A stretch of 64,000 bases of DNA, taken from positions 806,001 to 870,000 of the forward strand of contig JBBPEB010000007.1 in the NCBI GenBank assembly GCA_039096225.1. Direction: 5' to 3'. How positions within the stretch are numbered: position 1 is the first letter of the stretch; every line of letters starts with the position of its first letter. Under the pieces are notes generated by a model. It did no database searches. It was given only the letters and a program-made list of their open reading frames with translations, and was not told the DNA's origin. Below are positions 27,811 to 53,312 of the stretch, piece by piece. Source of the stretch: Blastocystis sp. Blastoise. Lineage: Eukaryota; Protista; Bigyra: Opalinata. The position numbers and the translations under genes are program-made.

Positions 27811-29580
27811 GTTGTGATAATAATTCTCCTTGATCAGCACAAAATCGTGGAATATTATCATCTTCATTAACAAATATATGTATATATTGTTCACCTTTAT
27901 CTTTATAATCTTTACATAGACAAGGAAAACAAGCAAATAAAATACATTCCGAATATACTTCTGTATACCTATATATATCAAGTTATTAAACAAGAATAAG
28001 AAGAAAAATAATTTTTAAATATATATAAATACATTTTATATTTTCTCCAGAATATACATAGAAGTGCTCCAATTGATGCCCCTAAAGAATGACCTATTAC
28101 TTCTATATCATATCCTTTATTATTATATAATGCTTCCTTTAAAGCTTTATTAAAATCATTATCATGAATTAAAAACAAAGCACATTTCCCCGCACCCTAT
28201 ATATATATTATTATTATTATAAACATTATAATAAACATTATAATAAACATAATAATAAACATTATTATAATAGAATAATTATTATTATAATAAATATTAT
28301 TATAAATATTGTTATAAATATTATAATAAATATTATAATAGTAGTAAAATAAATACTATAATAAACATTATAATAAACATAATAATAAACATAATAATAA
28401 ATAAAATATATACTTCATGAACCGATCCACTAGATGTTTGTATAGGTAACAATGCAAGATCTAATAATAAATCATTTAATGAATTTGTTCCCTTAATAAC
28501 AACACATATCTTTTTATTCTCTGTATCTTTAACTATAAATACATTTGGGCATTGAACTTTAGCTCCTTCTGATAACATTATATAAGGAAAATTAATATTA
28601 TACCATAAAATATCTTCACGATTAATATGTCTAGAATAAAAAAAGATTATATATAGAAGATATTTTTATAATATACAATATAATATAGAACTATAGTATG
28701 CTATATAAATGAATAGATAATAATAGTCTGAAAAAATAAAATATTATATAATAATAATAATATACGAATAAGAAGCAAAATATTGACAATATAATTCATT
28801 TTTACTTTTTAATTTCCATAATTGTTTAAAATTATAATTATAGAAATGTAAAAATAAATCCATTTTAATATGATCTAAATAGGACGCTGTTGCCATTAAC
28901 ACATATTTACATGATTTATTCATAAATTCCATATAATTACTTGTCATTAATGTACCAGGAATCTCAGGAATAGGCTGTATATATAATAAATTTATAAAAA
29001 TACATATAATAACAAATATATAAATAGAATAAAAATATATATATATCTACTTATAAAAAAAAATAATAATAAAATTATTTAAAAAAATAACAAATATTCA
29101 TATATATAATATACTTGTGTTAATGCTGTCTTTTTAATGACATCTATAATATTTCTGATTTTAGCATCTTTTAAAAATGTTACATAAGGTAATATATAAT
29201 TATGAAAAAGTCTCCAAGTATGTTTTATTCTTGTAGGGATGAGTAGATGAATTTTTAATTGAATACGAAAGGCTAAAAATGACCATATCTGCACAATATC
29301 ATGTACTAATTCTTGAGAAACTTTAAAAATGCAGTAAACTCCAAGTACACAGCAAGCATGATATAGAAATACATAATATTCTTTCAAATACCTTAATGAA
29401 TAAGTAGATTTAGAAAAAAAAATCAATAATACTTACGATGAATACACACATCGAAACAACACAAATGCGTCCAATGAGAAAATTAACTTTATTGTAGACC
29501 ATCTAAAGAAAAGGCGGAATTAATTATAAAAAGTATGTTTTATAAATATACTGAATTCTTTCTGATGTTCTCATAATCAT
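27210..29580 (-). CDS. Class-3 lipase (DAG-lipase-like) with a hydrophobic N-terminal region; multi-exon
   Basis: ICVVIKGTNSLNDLLLDL, VHEG, nucleophile elbow VIGHSLGASIGALL, EDDNIPRF (candidate Asp), FFSHHQCENY (candidate His). Splicing frames checked at the 5' and 3' ends. Confidence 0.85.
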
Positions 29581-29925
29581 TTCTTATCTTTTGATCACAA
29601 TACAAGTCTATTCTATCACCTTTATATAGGCATAAATAATTAAAAAAATGAATGATAATTTTTTTTTTCTTTATTTACTAAAAAATGAGTCATTCTCTCA
29701 AGATCCCCGTGGAAATCAACTACTATAACTTTTTTATTATTTATTGTTGAAAAAATCTGGAAATAGCCAACAAAAGGTTAGTTTTATGAGGAACGAAGCT
29801 GTTCTACAATCTTTTTTTTCATTTATTGTTGTCTAAGTTCATTATATTGGAATTTATATTATATTTATTTTTTTTTAATAATAATTTGATTGATTCCTTT
29901 ATTCTTATTTTATTTTTTTACTAAG

Positions 29926-31325
29926 ATGAGGGTCTTCAGTCATGGTTTGATCCTTGTTTGGCTTCTAATAATACTGCAGACATGTATAACATGTTCTATA
30001 TATGCATAAAAATATATAGTTTCCTTTGCTAAATGCCTTTATCCTGAATTTGAAGCAAATCTCCTTCTTGAAAACGTTACTTCGACTAGCGAACTATCTT
30101 TTCAAATTCAAGAAAAGTCTTTTGGAGGAAATAGAATACTTTTAAGCACAGAACCTGTATTTATGAAACAAGATGATCATTTTCAAAGTGATTTTTGTAC
30201 TTCTTCTTCATTGAACATAGTTTTCATAACGATAAAGTATTGCTTGCTATTATAGATATCTATTTAATATACTATATATAAATTATTTTTATTATTATTT
30301 GTTAATGTTGTTTGAAGACTTCTATAAATCTTCTTTTTAGAAATAATAATCAAGAGAATGTATCGAATATATCTGGATCGTTAATCATCTCTGCTTATTC
30401 TGTTATTTTACATTCAATTTCATTATCAAAACTTTCTATTTATAATACAACTACTTGGTTTACTTCTTATATACGTATATATATATGTTTTTTTTTATTA
30501 TATATATTATTATATTATTATATTATTATATTATTTTATTATTTATTTATTTATATATGTTATTTTATTTATATATGTTATTTTATTTATATACATATAT
30601 ATAGCATCATTTTATTTAATAACAGGTACTTCATGGCAATATTCTGATAATATTCAAAATAATTCTGATTGGATGAACCATGAATTGAAATCAAATGATT
30701 GGCTATTCTCCTATTCTGGTTCATTTCCTTCTTATTGCAAATCATTGATACGTTATTATTATAAGAGAATTGATTTACATTATAATTCTATATTCTATCA
30801 AAAAATAGAATTAGGAGTATTTACAGATTCAACTTTTTCTATTTATATTAATGGATATAAAGAACTTAATGAGTATATATATCTATATATTATTATTAAT
30901 TTAATTATTTTTTTTAATATTGAATGGTTTATTATATTTTTTATTATTGTTATTATTATATAAATATATGTTATTCTATAACTAGTTCTTCAGTATTATA
31001 TATCAATCAATCTCATTCACCTTGTTATAAAAGGTATATATATATATATATATATAATTATAGTTACAAATAAATGAATACTATATATTAATATATCAAA
31101 CAATTATATATATAGAATTTCTTTAAATGTCAATAAATATAAAACAAGTCATTTATTCATATATATTGAATCATCAATATCTTCTCAAAATGTATTAATT
31201 AATGATTTATTTGATGCTTATTTATATACTGTTCCTAAAAGAATAAAAGGTATATCATAATAATTATTATTATTACATAACTTTATTTATGAACTATTAT
31301 TTATAATATATCTATCAAATACCTA

Positions 31326-31416
<91 letters not shown>

Positions 31417-32000
31417 CATAGAATGTAATTCTTCTTTATCTAAATTATTAATAAGAAAAGATAATAATATAAGTTTACTTTCAGACCAATGGTATTTATA
31501 TGATCAATATAATACAATCATAGCTTATTCATTATCAATAACATCTTTATATAAATATATAACATATATTTATACTCAACCAGGAACATTTAGATTAGAA
31601 CTGATTAATACTGAATCCCAAGGTTGGTCTCCTTCCTCTTCTATTAGTATTTCTCTTCTTCTCCTGAATAATTATACTATTCCTCTTATTACATCTACTT
31701 TATATAAAGGTTATTCTACATATATAACGTTTAACACTGAATGTATTCTTTCTTCTACTACTCTTTGGAAATATACTCAAAACAAAAATCATAATAACTG
31801 GTATCTATCTACATATAATGATTCTACATGGAATATATATACTTCTATACCTATCTCTATTATTTCTTCTATTTCTCCTCTATGGTTATTTCATAAATCA
31901 TTCATAATTCAATCATTAAATACTTTCCAAGGATATCAAATACATATATTATGTAGAAATCAATATACTTTATATATTAATAATATACTTATATATTCAT

Positions 32001-32071
<71 letters not shown>

Positions 32072-32337
32072 CCTGGTTTTCACACATTATTTGGCTCAAT
32101 ATCAAATTTTAAACAAGGAAACAATTATATAAGTATTAGTATATATAATAGAGATTCATCTTCTATTGCTTATATTGATTTTGAATGTATTCTGTTATTA
32201 TTAATAAATCCTACAATATCTTCTCAATATATACTATCAAATAGCAATCAAAATTTATTTATAAATAATTCATTATATTCATTATTTGATCATAATTTAT
32301 ATACATCTCAAACTCTTCTTTATAATACTATAGATAC

Positions 32338-32425
<88 letters not shown>

Positions 32426-35400
32426 ATTACTATTCAACTTCTCAATCAAACACCTTTCTTTATGAATAAATATTGTTTTTATAATGGAAATAACTCTATT
32501 ACAATGGATCTATTAGATTGGTCTATTTATACTAGTGATGATTCTTTACAATGGACTTTTATAAATCATTCATCAAATACTCAATGGTCCTATCAATATC
32601 AAAAACAATGCTTTTTTCTTCCTAACATAACAAAACCATGGTTATTCTATAAATTTCTATTCAATATTCATTCTTCCCAAAATTCATTAATTAACAATTA
32701 TACAATTTCCATCTCAGAAATCGAACTTCTTTTAGAATCTTTTGTAAATTATAATATTAAAGAAATGCAATCCTATCATAATGAAGATAATTTATATATA
32801 CCTAAATTATTAACTACAAATTCTTGTATTGGTTTATTCTATATATATAGATATAATTTTATTAAATATGAAAAAATTAATGGTTTTTCAATAATTAATT
32901 CTCTTCAAGAAGAAATGTGTCATCCTTCCGAACTTCGTTTAGAAGCATCAAATGATGAAATTCATTGGACTCTTTTATATATAGCGACAAATATAACTTA
33001 TTCAAATCGACAAGAAAGAAAATATTTTTATTTCTTTAATAATAGAACTTATGATATGTATAAATTAACTATTCTTAATTATACTAATATATATTCTACT
33101 ATTCCTTTATATAATACATATATATCTACATATAATATAAATACACGTTCTGTATTTGATTATTTAAATATTAGTTTTATTATTGTATCTATACAATATT
33201 CTTGTTTTGATGAATATAATATATATTTCCCTGCTGTAGAAAATGATTATTCATATATTTCTTGTCCATTTGGATATACTGGTTATAAACGTCGATTCTG
33301 TCATAATTCAGAATTCCAAGAAGAAGAAAATACATGTGACTTATCACCTCCTTCTTATATATATTATAAGAATACTACTTATATTATGAATACATATATT
33401 ACTATAGAACCTATAATAGCATATACAGATAGTATTGAACTTATTTTTAGTATATCTCCTTCTTTACCTTCTGGTCTTTCTCTTAATATTACTACTGGAA
33501 CTATTTCAGGTGAACCTTATTATTTATCACTAAAACAACTCTATACAGTTACAGCTACTAATACTAAAGGTTTTGCTACTACTTCTTTTTATATAGAAAT
33601 ACTAGATAAAACAACAGAAACATCTTCTTTTGTTTGTTCTATGGATGGAAATTGGCCTAATGCTCTTATAGGTCAAACATTATTTAAATCTTGTGATAAT
33701 ACTAGTCAATATAATGGATTTATTTCAAGGGAATGTAAACAGAATGATAATGGAATTGCTATTTGGCTACCTATAGAAAATAATTGTACACTAAAAATAC
33801 CAGAATTAGTATATTATACAAACACATTTTTATTTCATAAACAATATGAGATTTCACCCATTATTCCCGTGATTATTTCTGATTCTTTGTTCATTGTATC
33901 TATTACTCCTTCACTTCCTTTAGGAATAATTATTAGTAATATAACAGGAATTATTTCAGGTATACCAAAACAATCGAAAGAATTAATGAATTATACATTA
34001 TTAATAGAATCAAAAGGAAAACAAAATCATGTTACTATATATATACATGTAGATATAAGTTATTGTTCAAGTGATTATGACTGGCCAGTAACAGAAGCAG
34101 ATAGTACTGTATATAGAGATTGTACCAATAAGATTGATTATACAGGAACACAATTTCGTAAATGTCTACCCACAATCCCTCCTCATTGGGACACAATTCG
34201 AAATGAATGTGTTCTTCTTCTTCCATCAGTTTTATATCCATTTGCAGGATATACATTTATAATATATAATCATTATGAAATTATACCTCAGATTATAGGG
34301 AATGACTCATCATTTTATTTATCAATTTCAGAATCACTTCCTTCTGGATTATCTTTTAATAATCGTACTGGTATTATTTCTGGCTCACCTTTTATTCTAT
34401 TTAATAAACATAATTATATTATTACTGCTCATAATAGTAAAGGTATAGCTGCATTTCCTATGTCATTATGTATAGTCTCTATTATCTGTAATGAAGAATT
34501 CCCGTGGAAACAAACAGTTGTGAATTCATATACCTATTTATTTTGTAGTAGTAATAGTCAATTAATATATAAACGTTTTTGTAGTTTTTCACATGATTAT
34601 CAGGATGGTCACGGAATGTATTTATATATATTAATTGTTATTATTTAGTTTTAATTATTTTTATTTGTACTTTTTTATGTAGTTCTATTGTTAATATTTG
34701 ATTTTTTTTATTCTATATTTTTTTTTTATTTTTTAATAATTTAAGAATATATATATATATTTATATATATATAGTGGTTTATGGAATACACCTGATGACA
34801 GTACGTGTCAGATGATGACGGATCCTTCGTCACGTCCTTATGATAATGGTTTTATTACATTTGAAATTAATGTATTTTTATTTATTAATTTTTATAACTA
34901 TTTTATTAATTTATTAATTTTTAATTAATATATATATATATAGTTATCTTTTCAGCGATCTCTTCTTTTATGTGATCCGTTGACATATGGAAATATATAT
35001 TCATCTTTTATATTATTATTAGAAAGATTTTCAATTAATCATAAAGATATATATATATCCCTATTAACTAGTTATTTCAATAGATGTTTAATAACACAAA
35101 CACCAACAAGTATATATATATATATATATTATTATTATTATTATTATTATTAATATTATATAGGATCTGGTGTATATTCTATATATATATATTCAATTCC
35201 ATCTCAATTATCTTTCATTTCTTCATATATATATAATAGTATAATAGAATCTGATCAATTCTTTACTATACTTAAGAATAATACTACAACATTTTCTTCA
35301 TTACTTTCTGTTTCTATGATCAATAATCAAATTAAATCTACTACTTCTATTCAAAATATTGTAATTATTATCTTCATTACTTTATTAGTTCTCTTTATAA

Positions 35401-35492
35401 TTATTATTCTTTCTTTAATTTTTTATATTATCGAATTAAAACGTAAAAAGTATCAAATAATTCTTAAAAAACAAAAAAAAATCAAAAGTTAA
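29926..35492 (+). CDS. Type I membrane surface protein: discoidin/F5-8-like domains, alternating He_PIG (putative Ig) and Cys-rich HRM-like modules, C-terminal TM
   Basis: Signal peptide MRVFSHGLILVWLLII; LEASNDEIHWT; three SLPxGLxxNxxTGxISG-type modules; CxxDxxWPxT/A...C...G...RxC...W...C modules; TM followed by a Lys-rich tail. Two in-frame poly-Asn tracts (32003-32070, ~32342-32421). Confidence 0.85.
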
Positions 35493-36195
35493 ATCATTAC
35501 TCTAGTTTATTATATATACACTTTTAACTAGTTATTATATTTATAAATACTTATATATTCTCTATATTATTATTTTTTTTTTCAGCTTCATTATAGTTTC
35601 TTATATTCTGTAGTCATTCAATATTTTCTGATTTTTTGTATTTTTTTTTTAATATTAAGAATTATTTATTTCAAACTTTTGTTTTTCTCCATAATATAAT
35701 GTATATATATTTATATATTTATTTACAATAGTAAAATATATACATCCTTTTTATTGTCGTTTTTTAAATATCTTTTGTATATATAGAATTTTCCTTTTTT
35801 GTTTTAGAAATCTTTTCTTCTTGAATTTCTTAACATATAAATACAATATATATATAGTTTTTTATCTTTTTCTTCATTTTGAATTGTTTGCTTTGTTTAT
35901 TTTATTTATTGTTCTAACTAAAATTTAAGTATTTATACAATATAAAATAATACAACGATGTATGAAAGTTTTTGGTATAAAAACATTCATTATAAAACAA
36001 ATAAAAGAATCATGAAAATAATGTTATATATATACATAACAAAACAAATAGATTTTTAAAAGACTTAACTGTTTTCTTTATAATATTTATAAAATAAAGA
36101 AATCAAATAGATAACAAGAGTATAAAAAAAAGAATAGATATATACTCTTTATAATCAGTAAAAAAAAAGCAATAAGAATTATATAAAGAATAGAA

Positions 36196-36650
36196 TTATA
36201 AATCAATATCATTTGTTTGAATAAATAATGTATGTTCTTTCACAGCTAGTCCCAGTCTGTTTTCTAAAGCTAATATATATTCTTCTGTATCAATATATTT
36301 TGTAATTCCTTCTATTTCAGCAGTACCTGCAAATTCCCCAGAAATATAATCACCTTTTGTAGTGACATAATAATATTTCCCAATAGTAAAAGGAGGGAAT
36401 GTATCAGGGAAAGTTACTGTTCCTTCACTTGTAATACGTACTTTATTATCATTTGTAAATCCTGTTATTATACCAAATGGAGGACTATATACTTGACCTA
36501 CATGTATCTCAAATTTTGGTTCATTATTACTAGTCATAGATTCCATAAGAATGAACTTTTCATCATCTATTTTACTTATATCACACCAATAATACTCATT
36601 ATTTTATATATATATATATAATTTTTAATGTTATTATTATACTAATTATA

Positions 36651-36724
<74 letters not shown>

Positions 36725-37235
36725 TTCATCTTTATGAGCTCCACTAATAATATATTCTGGTCCTATCATCTTTATATCCATAGAAGGAGTGATTTCTCCC
36801 ATAACAAAAGCTACTCCTCCTCCTATTAAACGATTACTATAAAATACCTATAGAATATATATATAGATAAATATGTCTAGTAATAGCATATAAATAATAA
36901 TATTATTATTAATATTATATAAATAATATTCTAATAAACTTTCGATAGTATATAATATTATTAATATATATATATACACCAAATCGAGTAGAACTAAGGA
37001 ATGTTAAATATATAAATTGGAACAGACCTGAAGGAGAAGTACCAGTACCACCTCCTGATTGTATAGGATAACTAGATCCAAATTCAAGGGAATCCGATAC
37101 CTATATAATTATTATTATAAATAGAAATAAATAAAGAGGAAGAAGAAGAAAAAAATAAGATAATTAATATAAAAAAAAAAAACTAATAATAAATATAAAA
37201 AGAAGAAGAATATAATAATAAATATAATTTAAATT

Positions 37236-37279
<44 letters not shown>

Positions 37280-37719
37280 TTCATTATAATGAATAATAGT
37301 AACAGAAAGACCATCCGACTTATCTTGTTCAGCATATACCATAAGACATGTGGAATTATTTATACTACAATAATAATAACAATAATAAATAATATTATAA
37401 ATATTATTATAAATAAACTAATTGTTCAAATACTAATAAAAAAAAATAATAAATAAAATAATATACCATGAGAAATCAAAGAAAGAGTAGATACCATGAT
37501 TTGTAAATCTATATGGTTTACTAAGAGTCACATTATTATCTTTATATGTCGCTATAATAAACTCCATAACATCTTTTTCACCAGGCTTATGGTTCCATAA
37601 TCCTACTTGTGCCAATATATACTTATGACTACTTAAACCTATAGAATAATAATAATAATAATAAGTATAATAAGAATAATTATATACTAAATTATTTAAA
37701 ATATTAATTCATAATGATT

Positions 37720-37764
<45 letters not shown>

Positions 37765-38670
37765 CCAATTCCATGGAATGTTCTATCTTCATAAAAATCT
37801 TCATTATACGTGATTTCTATACTAATATTTTCTTTATGTTCTTCATCTTGATGTAAACAGCCAACAGCAGTAGCAATCACAAGAGATGGCTCATAATACG
37901 AAACAGCCATGCAAGTATCATCTAAAATATCAAAAGTCGGTTGAATACTACGAGGTAAACCCCATTCTCCTGCTTCTCCTATATATATATAATCATAATC
38001 ATAATAATAATAAAATCAATAGAATAACTATATAAAAACAATAATTACAACTACCAAAATAATATTTATATATACCAAAAACAACTTGAATAGTATCATT
38101 TTCAAATGCATGTACATATACAGGTAATAAGTCTCCATAACCAATAATAACTAAAACATCTTCACGTAATTTCTTCATTTGATCAGGTTGACGACCATGA
38201 GGAAGACTAAAAGTTTCATATTTACGAACAGAAAAATCATCATTTAGTAAAAATACTTTCAAAGTAGCATCAAAAGCATTCACAACGACATGTTCATTCA
38301 AAGCTGTCACTTGAAGATGTTTTGCTTGTAAAGAATCATCGCTATAAACTCTTTTATAAATACTAAATCCACCTCCAACATGAAGATTTCCATCATTATC
38401 AAATGAAACTGGTCTTCCTTCCTTAAATGAAGGATCAGTGACATTATAAGGATAAATAAATTCCATTGGATGATTAAACACACTAGGATTAGATTTAGTT
38501 TCTATAGGTTGATTCCCTAATCCAAGACACATAATAATAAGTGAACAACAAAAAGAAATAACAGCTACTCCAAGTGAAATAAGAAGTGTGTATTTGTTTT
38601 GCCACCATCTAGGACCATCATCCATTCTCTTAAAGTCATTTTCTTTATGGAAACTACTAAAGAAACCCAT
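36196..38670 (-). CDS. Type II membrane protein with a beta-rich (propeller-like) ectodomain; multi-exon
   Basis: MGFFSSFHKE...KYTLLISLGVAVISFCCSLIIMCLGLG signal anchor. GT-AG exons lead to a terminal exon ending RLGLAVKEHTLFIQTNDIDL*. Confidence 0.75.
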
Positions 38671-39103
38671 TTCTGTACTTTTTCTACAACAAATAATAAA
38701 TGAAAAGGATGTGTTCATAAAAAAACATCTATAGAGAAATAAACAGTGAACTATCAACCAATCAAATGCAAGAATTCGTCTTTTCATCTTCCAAAATAAT
38801 GACCTTTTTCATTTTGTTTTCTTTGTTTTTGTAAAGGATACACTCATATTATAGTTAATAAATTATGATTTTTGTTATATACAGATAAGTATATTTACTT
38901 AGTTATGAAAGGAACATGATTAAACACTTGATTCTACCTTCCCGCTGATGCAGATTCTTTATCATATCCATCAATTTTATTTTATTTTCAAGTTAATAAC
39001 TATTCTTTATTGTTTTCAATAACTGAAATGTAGGCAATTTATTATTAATAACATTTATATATACTTCTTTAAAAATATTATTTAAAAAGTAAAAACAAAA
39101 ATT

Positions 39104-39174
39104 TGCACCAGCCGGGAATCGAACCCGGGTCTGTTCCGTGGCAGGGAACTATCTTACCACTGGACCACTGGTGC
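39104..39174 (-). tRNA. tRNA-Gly (GCC)
   Basis: GCACCAGTGGTCCAGTGGTAAGATAGTTCCCTGCCACGGAACAGACCCGGGTTCGATTCCCGGCTGGTGCA: cloverleaf, GTTCGA T-loop, anticodon GCC, downstream T-run. Confidence 0.97.
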
Positions 39175-39618
39175 ATGTTAATAAATTGATATCTTATGAT
39201 TTTATGGAATCAGAATAGTTGTCTTTCTTTTATTTATAGCATATATAAAACGAATTATATACAGAATTTATGTCAGTATTTAATGAATATTTCTTGTTGA
39301 ATACTTGTTATTCATTGACAAAAAACAAAACTAATGAAAAGGAAAGAAAAGATATTCATGAAAACAAATATTATTAAGTTTTCTAAGACAAATAAAAATA
39401 TCTTTATAATAATCATATAAAAAGGATATATATAACCAGAAAACAAACAAGAATATATTTATATTTAAATAAAGAAAGTATATTTCTTTATGAATAACAA
39501 ATAAAATTTTTATAAATAAAAAAAAGTATTATATATATAGCTATATAAATAGAATAATTCAACTAATAATTATATAAAATTTACTATACTTTAGAGAAAT
39601 AGATTACTATTATATAAT

Positions 39619-45563
<5,945 letters not shown>

Positions 45564-46333
45564 TTTAATATTTCAAATGAAGAAAAATATGAATAAAATG
45601 AAAAATAATAATTTAGAAAAATGAATAGGCCATTCGTTTTCATTGCTTTGGTTATTAATGTGAAGAAATGGAAACAAGATGAATTGACACATAAAGCGAC
45701 TACATGGGGGATATATGAATAATTGCCCAAATTTGACAAGAAACTCATGAATATTGTTTGTGCTCCTTTGAGTTTGTGTTTATAAGACAATGACAAACAT
45801 TTGAACAATAATTCTAACCAGTCATTTTGAAGTGGAAAAAGTTTGTCAGCAATAGTAATTCTTGACGAAGAAAACACGACCAAAACCACGAATCTGACAT
45901 TTTGTGCTGAATACAACATGTGAATACATTTTTTTAAATATATTCAAAATACGATAATAAAAACACGAATTTGCCATGATCTTCTTTAGTAATAATTGAT
46001 TTAAATAGACTTATTCTAAAGATAAGAATTTATCATTCTATTTGTGTTTTTTTTGGTGAATTGTCACATTCTGAATATAACTGTGATTTAAGTAGAGATA
46101 ATATAAGATATTGATTCTTCTAATATATGCTTAATATATATGTTTAATGTTAAAATTTTCTTTATTAAAAGTCAGTATTACACAAAAAATGTCAACTAAT
46201 TAACAAAATATTTAATACAACTAAAGAAGACATTGTACAAAATAATCATACGTAATTGTATATAAAAAAAAAATTAATTTAATTTAATAAAAATAAATAA
46301 AAAATAATAAGAATAAAAGAAAATAATAAAAAA

Positions 46334-52879
<6,546 letters not shown>

Positions 52880-53312
52880 ATCAACTGCTTCTCTTTATGT
52901 AAAAACACCAAATAAGCTTTTTTAAAGAATTTTAATAACCAATTAATTACTTTTTTATATTCTTTATATAAAAAAAATATTGTTACGCACTATTCAATTA
53001 TGGATAAATTTTATAAAAAAATATTTTTGCAATAGTTTTTGTATAACAACTTTCAAGAAATAAGTACAGCTACACATATATTCTGTTCTTTAAAAAAAAT
53101 TATATTCTTTCTAACAAAACAATACACATAGTTCATTTAAAATTTTTTTACAAACCATAATCTTAATATATGAAACAATAAAAAATAGAAAAGAAAGGAA
53201 AATGAAAAAATAAATTTAAAAAAATAAAAGAATGATAAGTTTACAAAAAAAAAATACATATATAAAGGATAATAAAGAATCAAACTAAATAAAATATATA
53301 TTTTTTAAATGT

